Assembly: GCA_002269645.1 (NCBI GenBank)
Contig: NIVC01000827.1
Span: 524,484-588,483, forward strand
Reading direction: 5' to 3'
DNA from: Macrostomum lignano
Lineage: Eukaryota
DNA length: 64,000 nucleotides
Shown here: positions 48,140 through 63,649 of the stretch, piece by piece
Layout: every line of letters starts with the position of its first letter
Position numbering within the stretch: position 1 is the stretch's first letter
Translations under genes and position numbers: made by a program
The notes under the pieces: generated by a model
What the model saw: only the letters and a program-made list of their open reading frames with translations
The model's database searches: none
Told to the model about the DNA's origin: nothing

Positions 48140-50140
48140 AAGCGTCATGTAAAAATCATAGAAGCGTCATGTAAAAAATCGTAGAAGCGTCATATAAAAA
48201 TAATAGAAGCGCCATTTAAAAAATCATAGAAGCGTCATGTAAAAAATCATAAGAAGCGTCATGTAAACAATCATAGAAGCGTCATATAAAAATCATAGAA
48301 GCGTCATATAAAATATCATAGAAGCGTCATGTAAACAATCATAGAAGCGTCATGTAAACAATCATAGAAGCGTCATGTAAACAATCATAGAAGCGTCATG
48401 TAAACAATCATAGAAGCGTCATTTAAAAAATCATAGAAGCGTCATGTAAACAATCATAGAAGCGTCATGTAAAAAATCGTAGAAGCGTCATATTAAAATC
48501 ATAGAAGCGTCATTTAAAAAGTCATAGAAGCGTCATGTAAACAATCATAGAAACGTCATGTAAAAAATCGTAGAAACGTCATATAAAAATCATAGAAGCG
48601 TCATTTAAAAAATCATAGAAGCGTCATTTAAAAAATCATAGAAGCGTCAATATGTAAACAATCATAGAAGCGTCATGTAAAAAATCGTAGAAGCGTCATA
48701 TAAAAATAATAGAAGCGCCATTTAAAAAATCATAGAAGCGTCATGTAAAAAATCATAAGAAGCGTCATGTAAACAATCATAGAAGCGTCATATAAAAATC
48801 ATAGAAGCGTCATATAAAATATCATAGAAGCGTCATGTAAACAATCATAGAAGCGTCATGTAAACAATCATAGAAGCGTCATGTAAACAATCATAGAAGC
48901 GTCATGTAAACAATCATAGAAGCGTCATTTAAAAAATCATAGAAGCGTCATGTAAACAATCATAGAAGCGTCATGTAAAAAATCGTAGAAGCGTCATATT
49001 AAAATCATATAAGCGTCATTTAAAAAGTCATAGAAGCGTCATGTAAACAATCATAGAAACGTCATGTAAAAAATCGTAGAAACGTCATATAAAAATCATA
49101 GAAGCGTCATTTAAAAAATCATAGAAGCGTCATTTAAAAAATCATAGAAGCGTCAATATGTAAACAATCATAGAAGCGTCATGCAAAAAATCGTAGAAGC
49201 GTCATATAAAAATAATAGAAGCGCCATTTAAAAAATCATAGAAGCGTCATGTAAAAAATCATAAGAAGCGTCATGTAAACAATCATAGAAGCGTCATGTA
49301 AACAATCATAGAAGCGTCATGTAAAAAATCATAGAAGCGTCATTTAAAAATCATAGAAGCGTAATTTAAAAAATCATAGAAGCGTCATGTAAACAATCAT
49401 AGAAGCGTCATGTAAAAAATCGTAGAAGCGTCATATAAAAATCATAGAAGCGTTATTTAAAAAAATCATAGAAGCGTCATATTAAAATCATAGAAGCGTC
49501 ATTTAAAAAGTCCTAGAAGCGTCATATAAAAATCATAGAAGCGTCATATAAAATATCATAGAAGCGTCATGTAAAAATCATAGAAGCGTCATGTATACAA
49601 TCATAGAAGCGTCATATTAAAATCACAGAAGCGTCATTTAAAAAGTCATAGAAGCGTCATGTAAACAATCATAGAAGCGTCATGTAAAAATCATAGAAGC
49701 GTCATGTAAAAAATTATAGAAGCGTCATGTAAACAATCATAGAAGCGTCATGTAAACAATCATAGAAGCGTCATGTAAAAAATCGTAGAAGCGTTATTTA
49801 AAAAAATCATAGAAGCGTCATGTAAAAAATCATAGAAGCGTCATGTAAACAATCATAGAAACGTCATGTAAACAATCATAGAAGCGTCATGTAAACAATC
49901 ATAGAAGCGTCATGTAAACAATCATAGAAGCGTCATGTAAAAAATCGTAGAAGCGTCATGTAAACAATCATAGAAGCGTCATAAAAAAACCATAGAAGCG
50001 TCATGTAAACAATCATAGAAACGTCATGTAAACAATCATAGAAGCGTCATGTAAACAATCATAGAAGCGTCATGTAAACAATCATAGAAGCGTCATATAA
50101 AAATCATAGAAGCGTCATGTAAAAATCATAGAAGCCTCAT
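48140..50140. repeat. Satellite, 22-23-bp unit (AATCATAGAAGCGTCATGTAAAC), inside H2
   Basis: Tandem array read directly. Confidence 0.97.
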
Positions 50141-51041
50141 TTAAAAGCTAATGAGTGCCATTTAAAAAATTAAGAAGCATCATGGTAGAATAAAAGAAGC
50201 GTCATATCAGACATGAAAGGTGTCATGTAAAAATTAAATGCAGCTATAATGCTGTGCTGGAGAGAATTACTGAGACGTCAAGGCTCTCAGAGAATAACTG
50301 AGATTACGGGGGGGGGGTTTCTGAGATGTCAAAGCAAAAGTCAGAAGCTACTTCAAAGTTCATGTACTTTACTCAATTTTTTTATTGCATTCTTCGTTGG
50401 CTCGCCACAGGGGGGCGCTGATAGAAGAAGAGTCATGTAAAAAAATAAAAGTAGCACTATGTATACATAAAAGAAAAGTCATGTCGGAGTTAAAAGATTC
50501 ATCTGGGAATTGCTACGATGTCAAAGCTTGGTGGAAATCGTTATAGTGCTGTGATTCTTAAAGAGGGAATCACTAAAATGTCAAGGCTTAGGGGAGAAGA
50601 ATTGCTGAGATTTCAAGGCTTTAGGTTGGGTTAAAGTTAGGTTTAGGTCAGGTGTGGGTTGAGGGTTATATTTTATCGGGTTTCAAGGTTAACAGGGGAT
50701 TTTTTAGATTTCAAGGTTTATGGGGGCCATCGCTGACATGTCAAGGCTTACGGGGGGAATAGCTGAGATGTCAAGGCTCACGGGGGTATAAATGAGATTT
50801 CAAGGCTAAAGTCAGAAGCTACATGTAGTTTATTGAAAACTTTTTATTACATTATTTGATGCCTCCTCAGGGGAGGGATCGCTGATAAAAAAAGCGTAAT
50901 GTAAAAAATAAAAGAAGCTTCATGTCGAAGTTAAGAGATTCATTTGGGAATCCCTACGATGTCGAGGCTTGCAGGGAATCGCTATAATGCTGTAGTAGTG
51001 CTATTATGACTCTTAGAGAGAATTACTGGAATTTCAATGCT

Positions 51042-51115
51042 TTAGGGTTAGGTTAGGGTTAGGGTTAGGGTTAGGGTTAGGGTTAGGGTTAGGGTTAGGC
51101 TAGGGTTAGGGTTAG
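51042..51115 (+). repeat. Interstitial telomeric repeat (TTAGGG)~12
   Basis: Read directly. Confidence 0.95.
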
Positions 51116-51759
51116 AAGGTTGACAGATATTTTTAGATTTCCAAGGCTTATTGGGGGCATTGCTGAGATGTCAAGGGGGGAAGTTGATATGTTAAAGCTT
51201 GTGGGGGGGGGAATTACTGACATGTCAAGGCTTACAAGGTTTGACAGGAGATTTTTTTAAGATTTCAAGGATACATGTAGCTTATTAAAAAAACGTGTAT
51301 TGCATTTCCTTGGCTCCCCAACGGGGGGCGTAGATTGCTAGTTATTACTACTACAGATGCTTTGCAAGTGGATTCTTATCAGCGTCGACGTAAACTGACT
51401 TGACACTAAGCTTTCAAACTAGGCTATATAGAGTTTCATTCTAATTAGTTAGAAATGATGTCATTGCAGGTGTACATAATGTACGTTCATTTCCAAAAAA
51501 TCTATTCTGTACGTTTTGGTGCCTAAATCATTCGATATGTGCATTGTTCGAAATTGTGTCCTGCAATTTTTGTTGAAACTGTATTTCCAGTAAAAAACTA
51601 AATTATTCCATTTCTGCATTAGGGCTTTTCAAATCCGCCATATCCTCATACAAAATCATAACACTATAGGCGACTTCCACGAATCTTAGAAAATAAAAAT
51701 ATAAATACAAGAGCTCAAAAATAGGTTCTTAGAGGTTCCACAAGAAAACTGTGGCAAGC

Positions 51760-52045
51760 AAAATTTCTGCAAGCAAAGTTCGGCAAGCAAGCTCGGCAAG
51801 AAAAGTTCAACAGGCAAAATTCCGCAAGCAAAGTTCGGCAAGCAAAACTCCACCAGCAAAGCTCAGCAAGCAAAGTTCGGCAAGCAAAATTCGGCAAGCA
51901 AAGTTCGGCAAGCAAAGTTCGGCAAGCAGACTTCGGCAAGCAAATTTCCGCAAGCAAAAGTCCCGCAAGCAAACTTCGGCAAGAAAACTTCTCGCAAGCA
52001 AACTTCGGCAAGCAAACTTCTCGCAAGCAAATTTCATAGACCCGA
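51760..52045. repeat. Tandem ~19-bp repeats (GCAAGCAAAGTTCG)
   Basis: Read directly. They explain ORFs 51715-52086. Confidence 0.88.
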
Positions 52046-52092
52046 TTGCTCATGTTCAAATTCTCCGAATGCCCCGTAATGGCTAGGTAATA

Positions 52093-52381
52093 GGTAATGG
52101 CTTGAGTTCCGGCACCGGAACCCGTTTTCTAACAGCTAGGGATCCGGCAGTGCCGTATAGAAGCGTATAAAGACTGCTAAGAACATATCTAAGAAGTCTG
52201 GATATTAGAAGCAACTCGTCCCGAATCTTATCATATTGTCTTAAATTTTAATCTAGAACAAAATCTCAATATCAGCCCCATCTAGAAAGAAAAATATAAT
52301 GTTCCATCTATATTATAATGGCACTGCCGGATCCGTAGCCGTTAGAAAATGGGTTCCGGTGCCGGAACTCTAGCCATTGCC
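52093..52381. mobile_element. MITE with ~65-bp TIRs starting GG(T/C)AATGGCT
   Basis: Reverse-complement arms containing GAGTTCCGGCACCGGAACCC. No TSD recognised. Confidence 0.7.
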
Positions 52382-52956
52382 GTCTAAAATACAACAAAAT
52401 TTAAAGGACTTAAAGTTTTAATTTAAAAACAGTTACTATACTCAAATTTTTTAGATTAAGCAAGCAGTTTAACATTGCTTTTGCACAAAATTTGAAAAAA
52501 ATATTTATTTGCTGTTAGTAATTCGTTTGAAATACTCTGGAATTTTTAGTTTATTGAATCGAAACAATTTTTTCCTGGTCGCGTTAAGTGAACTAAAAAC
52601 TGTTATTATTATGGTGGCTACTATTACTACAAATAAAATAAACGACGGTAACAGCGCGGTCGACTAGATCAGCGTAAAGTAATTTCTAAAAAACTTTATA
52701 AAATATTTTTGTCACGTTAGTGCAGGTAAGTGTTATCTTTTTTGGTTTATTTAATGTGAAAATGCAATAAATAACTTTAAACAAGTCTGTCAATGTCTTA
52801 AGCTGTAGCCTGTAGGGCCTATATATTCTATGCAAAAGTTATTTGGCTTTGTAGTGTATGTGCCTAGATTCTACACACATGGAGACTATGCCAAAATTTA
52901 ACTCTATGCCAATTTGTATACCAATCTGAATCTGAATCAGCCAATATGGTAATAGT

Positions 52957-53615
52957 TATGCAAGTGCTTATCCCCACAGTCCCATGCCGATAATTCCAAT
53001 TTTATTCACACAGATCCGTGTTGATAATTTCCAGCTTATCCCCATGCCATGGCAGCTTATTGGAATAGAGAACCTTGAAATGAATCTATTCAAAACCATA
53101 TATTTGTTTTCACTGTTTTACAAATCTTCCAAGTAAACTATTGAATACTGAATTCGGCAAGCAAACTTTGCTTGCCAAAATATCAAGTACTTTGTTAAAA
53201 CTTTTTCGTCATTAAAAGGGTTAGGCCTAGGCCTTATTTTAAATATATTTGCTTATCTGTTGTTGGCTTTGCTTAGAGTAGAATGACTAAACAGACCCTA
53301 AGATTGAGGCAAAAGAGACTTGCAATTGGCAAAATTCAAAATTCTAAAACTCAATAATAATAATGTCAATGAGTAATAATACTAATAATAATTACAATAT
53401 CAATTTAACATCCACATAAAAATAAACACAAACAATTGCACAATCTTAGCTGTGGGGATAAGCTAAAAATTATTGACATGGCCTATAGACTTGAATGGTG
53501 GCAGCTATTTCAATAAGCTGCCATGGGGATAAGCTGGAAATTATTGAAACGGATCCATGTGGATAAAATTGGAATTATTGACATAAGACCATGGTATAGT
53601 GATAAGCACTTCCAA
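52957..53615. mobile_element. Degenerate fold-back element with GCTTATCCCCA sub-repeats in inverted arms
   Basis: ~52957-53075 and ~53447-53615 are imperfect reverse complements. Confidence 0.55.
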
Positions 53616-55699
53616 TAGTTAGGCCTATATGGGATCTATTTAGCCTAGATTTTGGGCTTAGACAAGACATTATTTTTTTTAAAAATCAATTATAGAATCA
53701 TAATCACGCTCACAAATAAATAAAGACAACACAGACAAACTATTTTAATTTTAGTATAGATAGGCCTCTATGCTATAATAGCCTAGGCCTAGTATTTACC
53801 TTACAGGGGTAGATTTAGGGGGGGGGGTAGTAGGTTTCCCCAAAATAGCTTAACAGAACATATTGTGCTCCCCAAAAACCTAAGTTTGTACCCCTTAAAC
53901 TAGATTTTTTGCTCCCAAACACCTTGGCTTATTTGTGCCCTTAAGCTTGACTTTTCACCCAACATGCATTTTTTGTATCTCTAAGCTTGATTTTTTCCAC
54001 TCTCTATGTAAATTTTGCACCCCTAGCTTGGTGCACTTTATACTCATGTTGGCCCCCAAACTTGGACCATTCTCCCCAAAATGAAAATCTTTAAAGAATT
54101 ACTCTTTTATTTGGCTCTAAAATATCCATGTTTAGGAAATAAAGATGCTAAATAAATCTTTGAAATAAACTTTTTAATAAATGAATTTTTTTTGTAATCA
54201 GTATTTTCTAAGAAAGCAATAGTAGTACTTATATGTATTTTTACTTATTGTCTTTAACCTTGCAATTGCTCTTAGTAGATAAAAAGATCAAATAAAATAC
54301 CTATATTTTTTCATTGTTTTTCTCTTTTTTCTTTATAATGCTATTTTTAATACACCTTTTTAATCTACATAATAAGGTGGGGGTAGAGAAAAAAGCACTT
54401 TAGGGCAGTGGTTGACTGATTTTCAAAAAAAATTAACCTTTTAATTGCTGCCATCCTTAACTTGGCACTCGTAAAGCTGGAAATTTTCATGGAATTGTTC
54501 GGGTAGATTTTCTCTATAGACATTCTATCTGCCAGGTCCTCAATTCTAAGGGAAGGGTAGTCATAATCACAGTTGAGCAGTCTTTAGCAGGCACAGTCAT
54601 TTAGATAGTAGATACCAAGGTCTTAACACAATAAAATTTTAATTTTTGCCAATTTGCTTAACTGATTACTTTTAGTAAAGTAGCTTTGCCACTGTAATTT
54701 TGTATTATGAAACATAGAGATCTCAAAGCTTGTTTGGAATTGAGATAAATTTGCCCCATAGGCAAATGACTCAAGATAAACTAATAGGGCTTTGATTATT
54801 TAATTTAAATGAATAATGAGTTAGGGTTTATTAGTTATTAAAGTAAGCCAACCAATATTATTATTATGACAAACAAGCAAGATTTCTCCAGCTGTGCCAA
54901 GGTGCTAAATAAACTAATGGTAATTAAGTAATGGAGCAAAAAGTAGAAAAGGAGTAGCAAATGAGCAATCAAAAGGAAACAAGAGGACAAGAGGATGCAT
55001 TTAATGCAGCCAGTCTGGCCATAAGTATTGACAACAAAATTAGTGATGTATAGGACAAACAGTGAGGTGGGGAATAGGGCAACCAGCAGGGCAACAGGCA
55101 GAGTGGGAGGCTATGAGATAGGTCAATATAGGTACCAATGCAAAAAAGTAAGTAAAACAAAATAAAACATTGAACGGGTCAATAGTGAGGACAGACACAA
55201 GAACAAGGAGACCAATGGAATAGACAGACCAAGGATAGGCAATGACAACAGATTTGGCAAAGCCCCCCCCCCCCTGATGGCGGCATACATGCGCAACTGC
55301 TGGCCGATCTGGCCACTGTAAATTATGGTGGACCAGGGGTAAGTCGCAAAAATGCCATCCCAAAGAATACGGACGTGGTACTAATTAGATGCTGAGGCAT
55401 TTAGGCCTAATAAGACAGTCATAATTACTTCTACTGTTTACCCAAAACCATTGCCTTTTGCAAGCACTTCTAGATAGCACAAGCTTGGCTCAAACAGCTG
55501 ACTGCCTTGCAGGTCAGGCTGAGCTGCAGCTGGCTGTTTTGAAGCGGGCTGATTGGCAGGGTCAGCTTTGTTGTCATCACTCAACTCATAGAGCAGTATT
55601 GGCCACTCAGTCTAGTGCAGTGGCTCCTGTAGTCAGTTTGCCATCATCTGCGGCACCTTGATAATGTTTCGATATACCAACATCTTAGCTAGGCATCCT

Positions 55700-56445
55700 A
55701 ATTGGGCTATTACAAACTTGATCCAGTATGCCACTTTGCCAACTTTCCTCATAACCTTGTATATACTCTTGTATAGCCAGTAGAATTTGGGCAGCTTGCC
55801 CAATTCGAGCTTTGGGTTGGCCAGGCAGACTAGGTCTCTGGGCTGCAGTTCCGCAGGCTTTGGTTGGTTTTCATAGTACTGTTCTTGGTGCTAGATCTCA
55901 GCTTGCAGTCACTATTATACAATTTGCTCAGTCTTTGCCAGTCTGTGCTGATGTTTGGCAATTTACTCCAGGAGATTAGCCAATATATCTAGGTAGCCTC
56001 CATAGACAACATAATGCAGCAAGAATCCAGTAGTATGGTTGACAACTGATCTTAGTGCAGTCAGAGCAGCTGGCAGCATCTTGTCCCATTGCTGATAATC
56101 TTCAAGGAGAAAAGGGAGCACCTTCTTGATGTTTTTGTTGTACAACTCGACTTGTCTATTAGCCTAGGGTTAATATAGCAGTGTTATAGTCTGTCAAATG
56201 CCGTATACTTTGCAAAAATGTTGGAACTTATGCCTTGTGAACTGTTTTCCTTGATTGGAATGGATCCATGCAAGGATTCCACTGATCGGAAACACTTGTT
56301 TCTGCATTAGAGTTATTATTGTCTTGGCACCCTGATTTTTCATGGCAAAGGCAAAGGGATACTTCGATATTGTGTCAACATAGGTCAGGATATACTTGTT
56401 GCCTCAGTCTATTGGATCTCAAGTTGGGCCCAGGATATCAATTGT
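55700..56445 (-). pseudogene. Gypsy integrase remnant
   Basis: Manual translation: IDILGP...GNKYILTYVDTISKYPFAF...WIHSNQGKQF...Y*P*ANRQVELYNKNIKK...WDKMLP...HTTGF...KVGKVAY. These are decayed D,D(35)E and GPY-type motifs with stops. Confidence 0.85.
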
Positions 56446-58317
56446 GCATTGCCCATAGATTTCTAGAACTTCTAGAACTTCTAGAACTATTTCTAGATTT
56501 ATAGATCTCTAGAACTAGAACTAGATAGCATTAGGAAATTCATTGAACTCATGGCCATGAAGGGGTATAGAGGCAATCATCATAACCAATGGAGCTCCCT
56601 TATTGAGATCTGTGGCCATGAAGTACTTGCTCATGGCTATGATATACTCGCTCTCGGCTATGATGTACTCACTCTTGGCCGTGACTTTTGGCTTCTGTGT
56701 GTCAGACTGTGCCTAAGTTTTTCATCAGAAGCCGATATTTTTTAAGAAGGGCTGGAAGTGATAGATTAATGTGCATTTAACCTTAATCTTTGAAAATTAA
56801 AGAAACTAGATGTAAAAATCTATCTATTCTTAAATGTAAACTTAGTTGCACAAGAAAGTAAAAGTAAAAAATTATTGAGTCATTCAAATCGACTTGCTAA
56901 AAGTCAGTTTTGCATGAAGCAAGCTGAATTATAATTTATTTGGGTTAGAGTACTAAAAAACATACCAGAAAAGGAGATTAAGCCTTCAAAGCATACTTCA
57001 CTAATCAAGCATACACAGCATTACATTGATAAGATCATCAATATGATAAATTGGGATTAAACATTCAATTAAACATGAACAAAATGACATATTTGGAGTT
57101 TAAAGAGTTTAAAAAACCTGCTCAATGGTTTAATTCAATTCCATTGACTTCTTCAAGATGGTGAACTTACTCTTCCACATATTCACAAACAATGACATAA
57201 GATTGTGAATTTTGTCTTGCTCAGCCAATGAGCAAAAGTGGAGCAAAGGATGACTCTCTACTTAATTCATATAGCTCCTCTTGCTGGGCAGCATGGGATG
57301 CGCGCTGCCTGGCCCATTCATTTGTAGGTCTTCAATGACTTGTCGAATTGAGCGCCCAATAGTGCAATTTATAAACTGAAGCAATTGTTTATGTTTGGTA
57401 TACATGTTAAGCATTGTCAAGCAGCCAGCACCAGATTGTGCAATATGTCTAAGTGAAGAATCTAGCTTGTTATCATTAGAATTAATAGACTCATCCTCAC
57501 TTTTTGTCAGAATGATGGTTGTATAGTTGTTGCCATAGTCCTCAATATGTTCATTGTCAACACTGGCATCAGCAGTTTTGATAGCTGTGCCAATACCAAC
57601 ATCAACACTTTTGACATCTGTGCCAACACCGGCATCTACAGCTATGACAGCTATGCCGACACCAACATCAACACTTTTGACATCTGTGTCAACCCTGGCA
57701 TTTACAGCTTTGATGGCTGTGCCAACACCGACATCAACACTTTCGATGGCTGTGCCAACACCAGCATGAACTGTTTCAATGGCTGTGCTGACACTGGCAT
57801 CAACAATCTGCATTGCTTATCCACGATGATGGTAGCCTCTTTGTCATTGTCAGGTTGGATTGTGACACTGTTGTTGCTAGAGCTATCATTGCTGCTGCTA
57901 CTGCTGCTGTCACTGATGTCATTGCTATGATGAATGAATGTTAGATTTCTTTAGATTATTAGACTTTTTACATAAACTATCTTCATAAACCACATAAACT
58001 ATCTTTATAAACAAGGACAGTGAGAAGAATGGGCAGATAATTAGTAATTTAGTAACTTCTTGTGCAGCCCTGCAACCTTAGTACTTTTATGCCTACACTG
58101 ATAGCCTGTTTTAGACTGTTTCTAAAACATTATATGACAAATATGACCATGAAAAGGTTGGACTTAACCTGCACAGATCATCTTGTCATAGGTTGGTCTT
58201 GTAGTTGAATTGTTGGGGCCTGCAGCATTGGCTGTTGTGTCTGCAGCCATTGAGTTAATAGACAAAGCCATCATATAAATTCTAAATGACTTGTCAAATA
58301 GGTTTTGGCATCTTGTA

Positions 58318-58337
58318 ATCCCACTTAGCTGACACCA
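58318..58337 (-). other. Primer-binding site complementary to the tRNA-Leu 3' end (2-nt insertion)
   Basis: Minus strand TGGTGTCAGCTAAGTGGGAT versus the common Gypsy PBS TGGTGTCAGAAGTGGGAT, 1 nt after the LTR-terminal CA. Confidence 0.75.
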
Positions 58338-60578
58338 ATGAGGTGGGGGCAGAGAAAAGAAAACTTTTGGAGCAGTGGTTGACCAATTCTTGTAAAAATT
58401 CCACCTTCAAATTGCCGCCATCCGTAACTTAGCACTTGTAAAGCTAGAAAGTTTCATTGACTTGTTTGGGTTAATTTTCTCCATAGATATTCCATCTGCT
58501 GGGTCCTCAATTCCAGGGGGAAGGTAGTCATAATCGCAGTCAAGCAGTCTTTAGCAGGTATAGTCATTTAGATGGTAGACACCAAGGTCTTGACATTGTA
58601 AATTTCAATGTTTGCCAATTTGCTTAACTGATTACTTTCAGTAAAGTAGTGCTGACACTACTATAATTTTGGATTAAGATTAAGAAATGTTGAGATCTCC
58701 GAGCTGAGCTCATTCAGAGTTGAGATTTGGTTATTATATGTCCCACAGGCAAATGACTCAAGATAAATGAACAGGGCTTTAATTATTTAATGTGAATAAA
58801 TAATGAGTTAGGGTTTATTAATTTTTTAAGTAAGCTAACTGATATTATTATTAGGACAAACAAGCAAGATTGCTCTGGCTGTGCCAAGGGGCTGAATATA
58901 CTATTGGAAATTAAACAAATGGTTGTGCACTCTCAGTGAGGAAAATAAGAAATAAATAAATAAACTAGTAGTAATTAAGTAATGAAGCAAAAAGTAAAAA
59001 AGGAGAAGAAAACAAGCAATCAAAAGGAAACAAGGGGATAAGAGGATGCATGAAATGTGGCCAGTCTAGCCATATTAGTATTGACAACAAAATCACCAAT
59101 GCGTGGGACAAATGGTTGAGTGAGGAATGGGGCAACTAGCAGGGCAACAGGCGGAATAGGAGCCCACGGGATGGGTCAACACAAGTACCAATGCAGAAAA
59201 GCAAGTAAAACAAAATAAAACATTGGATAGGTCAACAGTGGAGACAGACATAGGAACAGGGGTAGGACCAGGGAGACCAATGGAAGGGACAGACCAAGGG
59301 TGGGCAATGATGTCAGATTTTGTCATTGAAGAGGGAGGTGTGGGGGGGCTTTGTGGAAAAATGTCTTTGGACAATTAAACAGTTCCAAACCTCTTATGGT
59401 AGCCTGCACTACCACAATAACATAATAGAGTAGAATTTATAGTAGTGTTACTTTTTATCATTTTTGTACCAAATTAGCAAGAGGCTAAATAATATTTTTA
59501 TTTGAATACATTAAATATATTTATTTTACTATGAAAAATAAATTGTTAAATTATTTTTGTTATTAATGCATGGAGAAAAACAATTACATATAGGAGTGAT
59601 TTTATCTCAAATGAAATCAACTTATTTCATAAGTTAAATCTTAAGCAGTTTAAAACAATAAACCTTGAAACCTTAAAACAATAAGCTTAAAGTTAAAGTG
59701 AATTAGTCATTTCCAAAGTTTTTGAAAATAATTCAGATATTTATCAAGAGGGGGAATTAAAAGTTATTAAAAAAATCCAGAGTTATGCTATGATATTCTA
59801 ATCCCAGTAGTAGCCAAATTGGGAGAAGTACATGTACTAGTACATATAAATGCATCCTCCCTGATTTATACTGGCTATGCAAATTATTTTTTGACTAAAA
59901 TGTGCCTTATATATAAAAGAAACCTTAAAGAGCAAAAATTTATACAATTTCTAGTAAATGGCCAGAGTAACTATAATTTATCTTATTAAAGCTAAATGCC
60001 TTATCATCCAATTAGTACTATATATATATATTCTTTTGGGCAGGCATTTTTGCAGCTTATTTTCTATCACAATTTACAGTAGCCAGATCAGCCAAGTAGC
60101 CAGCAATTGCGCATATATATAATAGTAGTAAAGACTACTCAGGCCAGAATACTACTAAAATACATTAGAACAATACTAGAATATATCAGAACAATACCAT
60201 AATGCATCAGAATGCTACCAAAGCATTACTAGAAATGAGTTATAATCAATCTATATAAATTAAATTAAACTATATATTATAATTTGCCTATTTCATATTA
60301 TCAACTTCAATTTTAATGTATTAAATTTTGATAGATAATAAATTTTGATCTCAGATGTTCAAAATGATGGTATACAACTTTTAACTAAATTGATCTGCTT
60401 CAACCAACTTTTTAGCAAAGTTTGAAAAGTTGACTAACACCAACTGGCAGTGTGAATCTAGAACCATAATTCTGAATAATGCTTTAAAGAAACAAAAATA
60501 ATACTTTTAAAGGGTGTCATTTTTTGTAACCTATAGCTGACCTGCAATGCCCCAATTGCAGGTGCACACGCATCAGCA

Positions 60579-63539
<2,961 letters not shown>

Positions 63540-63649
63540 TTGGTAGCAAATTTAATGCGAGATTCTGGTCTAGATAAAGTCTTACAGTACATCTTGTACT
63601 CTTTCCTTTCTGTTTAACATTTGAAATTCGGTATTTTCTTTAACTTTTG

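Larger units (their letters stand above)
47515..51341 (+). mobile_element. Non-autonomous Helitron-like element H2 carrying a 2-kb satellite and telomeric repeats
   Basis: 5' TATATACTAAAA plus (GTTT)n. 3' hairpin GCTCCCC-AAC-GGGGGGC (51313-51329), then CTAG|T at 51338-51342, the canonical Helitron 3' signature. Confidence 0.72.
54373..59330 (-). mobile_element. Old, internally deleted Gypsy/Ty3 LTR retrotransposon; LTRs ~54373-55260 and 58339-~59330
   Basis: Two ~0.9-1-kb diverged direct repeats, a PBS next to the 5' LTR, and an integrase remnant. No RT motif recognised. Outer LTR ends are approximate. Confidence 0.8.

Noticed and set aside
26205-50140. CRISPR-like arrays
   Set aside because: All arrays are head-to-tail repeats without unique spacers, there are no cas genes, and the context is eukaryotic.
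51042-51115. Chromosome end or telomere fusion site
   Set aside because: Only ~12 units, internal to a Helitron-like element, with ordinary sequence on both sides and no inverted head-to-head telomeric junction.
57262-57930. Host gene in ORFs 57262-57813 and 57547-57930
   Set aside because: It lies between the PBS and integrase of the Gypsy relic and consists of imperfect internal repeats, so it is treated as decayed retroelement sequence.
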